A stretch of DNA of 24,000 nt from Allosalinactinospora lopnorensis (GTDB taxonomy: Bacteria; Actinomycetota; Actinomycetes; Streptosporangiales; Streptosporangiaceae). The notes below the pieces were generated by a model. The model did no database searches and had not been told where the DNA came from. It worked only from the letters and a program-made list of their open reading frames with translations. The position numbers and the translations under genes are program-made. Shown in pieces: positions 14,595 to 21,597 of this stretch; positions within the stretch are counted from its first letter, which is position 1; every line of letters starts with the position of its first letter. The stretch lies in NCBI RefSeq assembly GCF_000981225.1, contig NZ_LAJC01000012.1, positions 1 through 24,000 of the forward strand, in the 5' to 3' direction.

Positions 14595-16739
14595 TCAGGA
14601 TCGGCAGGCGAGGGTGAACGGGAGCACCGCGGGTGCCCCCGCCTCGCGGAGCAGACCGGCGGCGACGGTGAGGGTCCACCCGGTGTCGGTGTGGTCGTCG
14701 ACCAGCAGCACCGGCCCCCCGACTCCGGCCAGGCCGGACGCCACCTGGTCGGGGACGATGAGCGAGCGCTGTACCGAGGCCAGCCGCTGGGCGCTGTTGT
14801 GCCGCCGCGGCCCTGCCCCCTCCGGAGTGAGGTAACCGAACGCGCCGATCGGGGCCAGCCGCCCCGCCCGCGCCAGCCGCGACGCCAGATCGGCGATCAT
14901 CCGCGGCCGGGTCAGCGAGGGCAGGGCCACTACGCCCACCGGGCGCTCGCGCCACGGCCACGCCGCGAGGACGTCGACCACCCCCTGGAACACCCGGTCG
15001 CTCACCGGTTCGTCGGTGGCGTCCTCGGCGAGGATCCGGCGCAGCACCGTCCCCCACCCGATGTCGGTCAGCCGGGCCAGGGCCCGGCCCTCCTCAGCGC
15101 GGAGGCCGGCGGGAATGGTTCCGGAGAGGTCGACGCCCAGCGCCGCCATGCCCGTGGGCCACTGCTTGCGCGGAGCGATCGTGACCCCCGGGCGGTCGAG
15201 ATGCGCGGCGGCGGCTTCGCGCTGCTCGGGGGCGAGCTCGGTGCCCCATTCCCGACCGGTGCAGCGGTCGCAGCGGCCGCACGGCGCGGCCTCGGGGTCG
15301 TCCAACTGGCGGCGCAGGAACTCCATGCGGCACCCGTCGGTGGCGATGTAGTCGAGCATGGCCTGCTGTTCGCGCTCGCGCGCCGCCGTCACCGCCGCGT
15401 AGCGCTCGGAGTCGTAGGACCACGGCTCGCCGGTGGCGGTCCAGCCGCCGCGCACGCGGCGCGCGGCGCCGTCGACGTCGAGCACCTTGAGCATCTGCTC
15501 CAGCCGGGCACGGCCCAGGTCGACGCGTGTCTCCAGGCGCGGCAGGGACATGGGGCCGCCGGCCTCGGCGAGGACGTCGAGGGTGCGGCGCACGGTCTCT
15601 TCCGGCGGGAACGCCAGGCCGGTGAAGTAGGCCCAGATCTCGCGGTCCTCACGCCCCGGCAGCAGGATCGCCTCGGCGCGTTCCATGCCGCGCCCGGCGC
15701 GGCCCACCTGCTGGTAGTAGGCGATCGGGGACTGCGGGGCGCCCAGGTGCACGACGAACCCGAGGTCGGGCTTGTCGAACCCCATGCCGAGCGCGCTCGT
15801 GGCGACCAGCGCCTTGACCCGGTTGTTCAGCAGGTCGTCCTCGGCTCGCTGCCGCTCCTCGGGATCGGTCTGCCCGGTGTAGGCGCGCACGGCGTACCCG
15901 CGCTCGGCGAGGAACCCCGCCGTCCCGGTGGCCGCGGCGACGGTGAGCGTGTAGATGATGCCGGATCCGGGCAGCCGGTCGAGGTTCTGCGCCAGCCACC
16001 CCCAGCGCGCGGTGCTGTCGGGTAGGTCGGCGACGGCCAGGCGCAGACTTTCCCGGTCGAGCGCGCCGCGCAGGACCAGGGTCCGGGAGTCGTCGCCGAT
16101 CTCCAGTTGCTCGGCGACATCGCGGGTGACGCGCTCGTTGGCGGTGGCCGTGGTGGCCAGGACCGGGACGCCGCGCGGAAGCTCCCGCAGCAGCGTACGG
16201 ATGCGGCGGTAGTCGGGTCGGAAGTCGTGGCCCCAGTCGGAGACGCAGTGGGCCTCGTCGACCACCACGAGTCCCGCGCCCGCGGCCAGCTCGGGCAGCA
16301 CGCGGTCGCGGAAGTCGGGGTTGTTCAGCCGCTCCGGGCTGACCAGGAGGACGTCGACCTCCCCGGCGGAGATCCGGGCGTAGGTCTCCTCCCACTCGGC
16401 GGTGTTGGCGCTGTTGATCGTGTGCGCCCGGATCCCGGCGCGCTCCGCGGCGGCGATCTGGTTGCGCATGAGGGCCAGTAACGGCGAGATGATGACGGTC
16501 GGCCCGGCCCCCTGTGCGCGGCGCAGCGCGGTGGCCACGAAGTACACCGCCGACTTGCCCCACCCGGTGCGCTGCACCACCAGCGCCCGGCGCAGCTCGG
16601 CCGCCAACGCGTGGATCGCCGCCCACTGGTCCTCGCGCAGCCGGGCGGAGTCGCCGGCGAGCGCGCGCAGGTGGCGCTCCGCCGCTTCGCGCATACCGGT
16701 GTCGGAGGGTGCCGTCTCTGGGGGCACGGAGGAGACCAT
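14595..16739 (-). CDS. rqlH: RecQ-like ATP-dependent DNA helicase with a ComF/phosphoribosyltransferase-like C-terminal domain (RqlH-type architecture)
   Basis: It has Walker A 'TGWGKSAVYF', 'VVVDEAHCVSDWGHDFRPDY', helicase-C 'ATSALGMGFDKPDLGFVVH..QQVGRAGRG' and the tetracysteine 'DGCRMEF....CGRCDRC'. The C-terminal 'PVLLVDDHTDTGWTL' is a PRPP-loop-like motif. There is no HRDC domain. Start ATG 16739 is preceded by AAGGAG. Confidence 0.88.
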   Translation of the reverse strand: MVSSVPPETAPSDTGMREAAERHLRALAGDSARLREDQWAAIHALAAELRRALVVQRTGWGKSAVYFVATALRRAQGAGPTVIISPLLALMRNQIAAAERAGIRAHTINSANTAEWEETYARISAGEVDVLLVSPERLNNPDFRDRVLPELAAGAGLVVVDEAHCVSDWGHDFRPDYRRIRTLLRELPRGVPVLATTATANERVTRDVAEQLEIGDDSRTLVLRGALDRESLRLAVADLPDSTARWGWLAQNLDRLPGSGIIYTLTVAAATGTAGFLAERGYAVRAYTGQTDPEERQRAEDDLLNNRVKALVATSALGMGFDKPDLGFVVHLGAPQSPIAYYQQVGRAGRGMERAEAILLPGREDREIWAYFTGLAFPPEETVRRTLDVLAEAGGPMSLPRLETRVDLGRARLEQMLKVLDVDGAARRVRGGWTATGEPWSYDSERYAAVTAAREREQQAMLDYIATDGCRMEFLRRQLDDPEAAPCGRCDRCTGREWGTELAPEQREAAAAHLDRPGVTIAPRKQWPTGMAALGVDLSGTIPAGLRAEEGRALARLTDIGWGTVLRRILAEDATDEPVSDRVFQGVVDVLAAWPWRERPVGVVALPSLTRPRMIADLASRLARAGRLAPIGAFGYLTPEGAGPRRHNSAQRLASVQRSLIVPDQVASGLAGVGGPVLLVDDHTDTGWTLTVAAGLLREAGAPAVLPFTLACRS

Positions 16740-16817
16740 GTGCTCCTTGCTACCAGAGGTGGACGACACCGGAAGCGCGTGTCCACAGCCGACCATGCGC
16801 CCGCACCGGAGCGCGGC

Positions 16818-16836
16818 GCCGGGGCTCGGCCCCGGC
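16818..16836 (-). terminator. Candidate terminator hairpin abutting the SIS gene stop codon
   Basis: GCCGGGGC-TCG-GCCCCGGC: a perfect 8-bp GC stem, overlapping the TAG (16836-16838) by 1 nt. Confidence 0.3.
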
Positions 16837-17591
16837 TACACCTCCATGACCAGTCCGGGCACGCGCGGGCCGTAGCGCTCCATCAGGGCCGCGTTGCGCC
16901 CGTCACCGCCCGGGACGTTGGCGCTGGTCCACCGGGGCAGCTCGACCCCGTGGGCCACGGCGAGGTCGTCGAGCGCCGCGAGCAGCAGCGACCAGGCGTA
17001 GGCCGAGAGGATCGTGGAGACCGCGGCGGTACGCGGCGCCTCGGGCGGGTACACCGCGTCGCCGGGCGGGACAGCGGTGTCGAGCACGACCGCCGCGTGG
17101 TCGACCACCCGGGAGCCCGCGCGCGCGGCGGCGCCCTCGGAGGCCGCCGCCGAGGTCACGGCGATCACCGGAACACCGCGGGCCGCGCACTCCCGGGCGA
17201 CCTCGACCGGGTAGGGGTTGCGCCCGCTGGTGGAGAACACCACCGCGGCGTCCCGCACGGTCGGCGCCGCCTCCGCGACAACGGAGGCGCCCAGTCCTTC
17301 CCGGCGCTCCGCCCTGGTACTGCGCCGGGCACCGGACAGCGGCACGATCGCGGGGTCCCAGAGCGGCCGTACCGCGGCCAGCCCGCCGGCGCGGTAGAAC
17401 GTCTCGTACACCAGCGCGAGGGAGTGCCCCGATCCGGCGACGTAGACGAGCCCGTCCGATCCGACGGCTCCCAGCACGAGTTCCGCCGCGCGGCCGACCG
17501 CTTCGCCGGAACCCGTGTCGACCCGGTCGAGCAGGTCCCGGACCCGCTGGGCATAGCCGTCCCGGGCGGTCCCGGGCGTGTCCTCGGCCAA
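16836..17591 (-). CDS. SIS (sugar isomerase) domain protein, UPF0309-like
   Basis: 251 aa. It has 'LVYVAGSGHS', 'VVFSTSGRNPYPVEVA' and 'GVPVIAVTS'. TTG start at 17591, with a strong GAAGGAGG RBS 9 nt upstream. Confidence 0.85.
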   Translation of the reverse strand: MAEDTPGTARDGYAQRVRDLLDRVDTGSGEAVGRAAELVLGAVGSDGLVYVAGSGHSLALVYETFYRAGGLAAVRPLWDPAIVPLSGARRSTRAERREGLGASVVAEAAPTVRDAAVVFSTSGRNPYPVEVARECAARGVPVIAVTSAAASEGAAARAGSRVVDHAAVVLDTAVPPGDAVYPPEAPRTAAVSTILSAYAWSLLLAALDDLAVAHGVELPRWTSANVPGGDGRNAALMERYGPRVPGLVMEV

Positions 17592-17622
17592 GGCGAACGA
17601 CCTCCTTCAGGTGTCCCGCGTC

Positions 17623-17648
17623 GGGCGCCGTCCGGATGGACGGCGCCC
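17623..17648 (-). terminator. Perfect 11-bp GC-rich hairpin between mrpG and the SIS gene
   Basis: GGGCGCCGTCC-GGAT-GGACGGCGCCC. It lies 164 nt downstream of the mrpG stop and ~15 nt upstream of the SIS-gene RBS. It is either the mrp operon terminator or a 5'-UTR structure. Confidence 0.4.
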
Positions 17649-17811
17649 GGCGCGGTCGTCACCAGCGACGCTAGGCGACCGCGCCGCCCCAGAACACCAG
17701 ATATCCGGTGGGTGATGTACCTTCCGGCGGGAAACGGCCGCACGGTCAGCGCGCGGCACGAAGGCGAGGGATCGGCCCGGCGGGAACGGTAACCGCCGGA
17801 TCCGCCCCGCT

Positions 17812-18195
17812 TCAGTCGCCCGGCGAGCGGTCCTGCCTGCCGTCCTGATCGCCCCCCTTGGCGTGCCGCACCGCTTCGGCGAGCTCGTCGACGACCATGT
17901 GTTCGCTGCTGCTCTCGCCGCGGCTGTAGGCCACCCGGCCGAGTGTCTGGGCGAGTACGGGAATGGTGGTGAACTGGAACAGCACGACCAGCAGCAGCGG
18001 GGTCGCGACGGAGATGTCGGGAAGCTGGAAGGCCACCCCGATCAGGATCAGGATCAGACCGACCGTGTCGGGTTTGGCGGCGGCGTGCAGCCGGCCGAGC
18101 AGGGTGGGCAGCCGCACGAGCCCGATGGTGCCGACGAGAGCGAAGAGGGCCCCCAGCGGCAGCAGGACGGCCGTGATCCAGTCAGTCGCGGTCAT
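17812..18195 (-). CDS. mrpG: Na+(K+)/H+ antiporter subunit G (MrpG/MnhG)
   Basis: 127 aa. 'LLPLGALFALVGTIGLVRLP....RLHAAAKPDTVGLIL' matches MnhG. It has a hydrophilic C-terminal tail and overlaps mrpF by 14 nt. Confidence 0.9.
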   Translation of the reverse strand: MTATDWITAVLLPLGALFALVGTIGLVRLPTLLGRLHAAAKPDTVGLILILIGVAFQLPDISVATPLLLVVLFQFTTIPVLAQTLGRVAYSRGESSSEHMVVDELAEAVRHAKGGDQDGRQDRSPGD

Positions 18196-18460
18196 GAGCC
18201 CGCCTCTCCGCGAACCGCACCGCTGTCACCGTCGCGACGAAGCCCAGCAGCGCGATCGACACCATCAGCCCTATGTAGGCGGCGTCGCCGCGGGCCGCGG
18301 CCTCGACCGCGATCACGCTGACCAGCAGGACCGAGATCGTGTTCAGACAGACGATCCGGTCCAGCACCGACGGCCCGCGCACCAGCCGCAGCAGCGTGAA
18401 CAGCACGGCCAGCGCGAGCAGGGCGAAGGTCGCCGTGTAGACATGCTCCAGAACGTTCAC
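18182..18460 (-). CDS. mrpF: Na+/H+ antiporter subunit F (MrpF/MnhF)
   Basis: 92 aa from GTG 18460. 'LLRLVRGPSVLDRIVCLNTISVLLV' is the MnhF signature. GTGA overlap with the mrpE stop. Confidence 0.85.
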   Translation of the reverse strand: MNVLEHVYTATFALLALAVLFTLLRLVRGPSVLDRIVCLNTISVLLVSVIAVEAAARGDAAYIGLMVSIALLGFVATVTAVRFAERRAHDRD

Positions 18461-19089
18461 GGCCGTTGCATCTCCCCGTTCTCTTCGGTGCCGGCCTCGG
18501 CGGACCGCAGCAGCGCCGCGAACTCCTCCTCGGCCGCCTCGAACCCGGTCACGTCCTTCGCGGTGCCGAACGCGCGGACGATCAGCTCCTCGGTGCGCCG
18601 GATCCGTCGGCGCAGCGACTGCGCCCCTCTGGGCGAGTCGATCGGGATACCGTGCACGTAGATGACGCCCTCTTCCCGGTTGAGCTCGATGACCAGGCTT
18701 CCGGTGACCAGCGACAGCCCTCCGCTCACCATGGCCAGCAGCAGGTCGGAGTCGGTGCGCATCGGTACCGCGACGATCGCGCCGCGCACTCGCCCGGGGC
18801 GCCACAGCACGTGGAAGGCGACCTGCACACTGGACCAGAGCAGGTCCCACCCGATGCGCGCTCCCAGGCGGAGCGCGTACCACGGCCGGAACCCCAACCG
18901 GACGGGAAGGTGCGGCAGCTTCGCCGCGGCATAGCAGAGCGACGCCACCCCGACGCCCGCGAGGAGGGTCCCCGGGCTGAAGTCGCCCCAGAGCAGCGCC
19001 CACATCACGGTCAGCCAGACCACAGTGGGCAGCCGGCCGAGCAGCCGCTGGTACGGGGAGCGGCCGGTCCGGGCCTCGGCAGCACTCAT
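18457..19089 (-). CDS. mrpE: Na+/H+ antiporter subunit E (MrpE/MnhE), with a C-terminal extension
   Basis: 210 aa from ATG 19089 (ATGA overlap with the mrpD stop). It has 'WLTVMWALLWGDFSPGTLLAG' and 'LLAMVSGGLSLVTGSLVIE'. The upstream part of the tracked 595-aa ORF is off-frame junk. Confidence 0.85.
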   Translation of the reverse strand: MSAAEARTGRSPYQRLLGRLPTVVWLTVMWALLWGDFSPGTLLAGVGVASLCYAAAKLPHLPVRLGFRPWYALRLGARIGWDLLWSSVQVAFHVLWRPGRVRGAIVAVPMRTDSDLLLAMVSGGLSLVTGSLVIELNREEGVIYVHGIPIDSPRGAQSLRRRIRRTEELIVRAFGTAKDVTGFEAAEEEFAALLRSAEAGTEENGEMQRP

Positions 19090-20612
19090 GGAGCCCCCTC
19101 GGGAAGTACGGCTTCGATGTAGGCACGGCCGTCGAGCAGGTCCCGCGCGGCGGTGAACGCGATGTCGGTCAGCGGACCGGCCGCAGCGGCCACGAGCAGC
19201 CCGACACCGACCATGGTGCCGGTGGTGGCCGCCATGAGCCGGCGCCCCACGAAGTCGGGGCCGCGCCGCAGCTCGGCCCGCGCTTCGAGCATGTCGGGCA
19301 GCGGGGTGCCCCAGAACGCGCGGGCCCAGACACGGAAGATGGCCATGAGCGTGAACAGGCTGGTGAGCACGCCCGCGGTGAGGCCGAGGTAGATGAGCCA
19401 TCCGCCCGCTTGGACACCGGCCTGGAACAGCGCCACCTTGGCGACGAAGCCGGACATCGGCGGCAGCCCCGCCAGGCTCAGCGCCGGCAGGAAGAAGAAG
19501 ATCGCCAGCAACGGCGACACAACGGTCAGCCCCCGGATGGAGCGCAGCGAGGTGTGCCCCACGTACTGCCGGATGAGCCCGTTCACCAGGAACAGCGTGG
19601 CCTGCACGACGATGTGGTGGACCAGGTAGACCAGGACGCCGGCGATCCCGGCCACCGAGTTCAGCGCGAGCCCGAAGACCATGAACCCGATGTGGCTGAC
19701 GAGCGCGAACGACATGATCCGGTTGATGTCGTCCTGGACCAGCGCGCCCAGGATGCCGATCACCATGGTCGCGATCGCGATCCACATCATGACGGTGGAG
19801 ACGTCGTCGCGGCCGAACAGCAGTGTCTGGGTGCGGATGATGGCATAGACGGCGACCTTGGTGAGCAGCGCGGCGAAGATCGCGGAGATGCGGGTGATCG
19901 CCACCGGGTAGCTGTCGGGCAACCAGAAGTGCATCGGCACGATCGCGGCCTTGATACCGAACACCACCAGGAAGAGCAGCGCCAGGACCATGCGCAGCCC
20001 GGCGGGTGCGGCGCCCAGCTTCTCGGCGACGTCGGCCAGGTTCACGGTGCCGGTGAGCGCGTAGACCAGCGCGATCCCAGTGAGGAAGAAGATCGAGGAG
20101 GTCAGGCCGACCACCGTGTAGATCATGCTCGCCCGCACCCGCGCCCGTGTCGGCGCCTGGGTGATGAGCGCGTAGCTCGCGGTCAGCATGATCTCGAAGC
20201 CGACGAACAGGTTGAACAGGTCGCCCGAGAGGAAGCTCAGGCACACGCCGGCGGTGAGCACCAGATAGATGGGGTGGAACACCTGCGGAACGGCCCGGCT
20301 GAGCCCGCTGATGTCCTGGCCGATCGCGTACAGCAGCACGATCAGCAGCACCACGCTTGAGACCAGGAGCAGCAGCGCGGCCAGCGGGTCGACCACCAGG
20401 GTGATCCCCAGGGGGGCCGCCCAGCCTCCGGCCTGGCTCGCGACCACGGTGCCGTCGGCGGTCGCCGCCAGCAGCAGGGTCGAGTCGGCGATCACCACCG
20501 CCAGGGTCACGGCACTGGCCACCTGCTGGGCGCGCGGCGCGCGGCGCAGCAGCAGGGTGGCCGCCGCGCCCAGCAGCGGCACCACGAACGGGACGGCGAT
20601 CAGCAGGTTCAC
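19086..20612 (-). CDS. mrpD: Na+/H+ antiporter subunit D (MrpD/MnhD; NuoN/M-like)
   Basis: 508 aa, polytopic. It has 'DLFNLFVGFEIMLTASYALI', 'FGIKAAIVPMHFWLPDSYP' and 'SHIGFMVFG'. GTG start with a GTGA overlap on mrpC. Confidence 0.95.
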   Translation of the reverse strand: MNLLIAVPFVVPLLGAAATLLLRRAPRAQQVASAVTLAVVIADSTLLLAATADGTVVASQAGGWAAPLGITLVVDPLAALLLLVSSVVLLIVLLYAIGQDISGLSRAVPQVFHPIYLVLTAGVCLSFLSGDLFNLFVGFEIMLTASYALITQAPTRARVRASMIYTVVGLTSSIFFLTGIALVYALTGTVNLADVAEKLGAAPAGLRMVLALLFLVVFGIKAAIVPMHFWLPDSYPVAITRISAIFAALLTKVAVYAIIRTQTLLFGRDDVSTVMMWIAIATMVIGILGALVQDDINRIMSFALVSHIGFMVFGLALNSVAGIAGVLVYLVHHIVVQATLFLVNGLIRQYVGHTSLRSIRGLTVVSPLLAIFFFLPALSLAGLPPMSGFVAKVALFQAGVQAGGWLIYLGLTAGVLTSLFTLMAIFRVWARAFWGTPLPDMLEARAELRRGPDFVGRRLMAATTGTMVGVGLLVAAAAGPLTDIAFTAARDLLDGRAYIEAVLPEGAP

Positions 20613-20983
20613 GAGGAGTCCTCCGGCTCGCTCAGCCGGCCGATACGGCGGTCCTCCAAGTCGTCGGGGACCTCGTCGTTGTTGTCACCCAGCCACACCC
20701 GGTAGGCGAGCGCGAGCAGGAAGGTCGTCACCCCGAACGTGATGACGATGGCAGTCAGCGCCATGGCCTGCGGAAGCGGATCCGATATCTCCCCGTTCGG
20801 CCCGCCGAGCAGCGGGGGCAGCGTGATGGCCTCGTCGGTGAGCATCAGGGAGAGGTTGGCCGCGTGGCCGAGCATGATGATGCCGAAGACCACACGCATC
20901 AGTGAGCGCTGCAGCAGCAGGTAGAACCCGCCGGAGTAGAGAACGGCCACCGCGGCGACCAGGAGGAGACCGGGGGTGCTCAT
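20609..20983 (-). CDS. mrpC: Na+/H+ antiporter subunit C (MrpC/MnhC; NuoK-like)
   Basis: 124 aa from ATG 20983 (ATGA overlap with the mrpB stop). It has 'GFYLLLQRSLMRVVFGIIMLGHAANL' and 'DPLPQAMALTAIVITFGVT'. Confidence 0.9.
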   Translation of the reverse strand: MSTPGLLLVAAVAVLYSGGFYLLLQRSLMRVVFGIIMLGHAANLSLMLTDEAITLPPLLGGPNGEISDPLPQAMALTAIVITFGVTTFLLALAYRVWLGDNNDEVPDDLEDRRIGRLSEPEDSS

Positions 20984-21597
20984 CGCGGCCCGCCCCCAGT
21001 CCGCCGGAGGCGGCGCGCCCGCTCGCGCCCGGCCTTGGCCTCCTCTTCCTCGGCTTCCATCCGGGCACCAAGAGCGGAGACGACGGACAGCACCAGGCCG
21101 ACGACGATCAGGAACACCCCGATTTCGAAAACGAGAAAGCTCGCGAACTTCACGTCGCCGAAGACGGGGAGAGCGGCCTCGTAGCTGAAGGTCTTCAGGA
21201 GCGGAGCGCCGAACAGCAGCGGGAGTACGGCCGTACCGCAGGCGACCAGCATCCCGAGTGCGAGCACACGCTCCGGACGCGTCGGCATGCCCGCGGCGAG
21301 CTCGTGCCTGCCGCCGGCGACGTAGCGCAGGACGTAGGCCATGCTGGCGACCAGACCGCCGGCGAACCCTCCCCCGGGTTTGTCGTGCCCGGAGACCAGC
21401 AGGAAGACCGAGAGCACCAGGATGGCAGGTATCAGCAGCCGGGCGGCCACTTCCAGCAGTACCGAGCGGGGCCCGAAGGCCGGTCGGACGACCGTGCTCA
21501 GCCAGCGCTCCCTGGGCGCCTCCCATCCCTCGGGAGGGGCGCCGCCGCTGCCCTCCGGGCCGCGGGACTCCCGCTGCCGCTCGCCGTCGATGTTCAC
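20980..21597 (-). CDS. mrpB: Na+/H+ antiporter subunit B (MrpB/MnhB domain), with a hydrophilic N-terminal extension
   Basis: GTG 21597 forms a GTGA overlap with the mrpA stop. The MnhB core is 'SVLLEVAARLLIPAILVLSVFLLVSGHDKPGGGFAGGLVASMAYVL'. Only the last ~205 codons of the tracked 998-aa ORF look like protein. Confidence 0.8.
   Translation of the reverse strand: MNIDGERQRESRGPEGSGGAPPEGWEAPRERWLSTVVRPAFGPRSVLLEVAARLLIPAILVLSVFLLVSGHDKPGGGFAGGLVASMAYVLRYVAGGRHELAAGMPTRPERVLALGMLVACGTAVLPLLFGAPLLKTFSYEAALPVFGDVKFASFLVFEIGVFLIVVGLVLSVVSALGARMEAEEEEAKAGRERARRLRRTGGGPR

Noticed and set aside
16740-16835. Possible SOS (LexA box TCGAAC-N4-GTTCGA) or RecA-independent damage promoter (TTGTCAGTG-N8-TAnnnT) upstream of the RecQ-like helicase. 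A bulged hairpin GTGGACAC...GTGTCgtcCAC is present at ~16752-16782.
   Set aside because: There is no LexA-box match. The only similarity is GTGTCGTCC-N8-TAGCAA, which violates the conserved positions. The hairpin is recorded but not interpreted.
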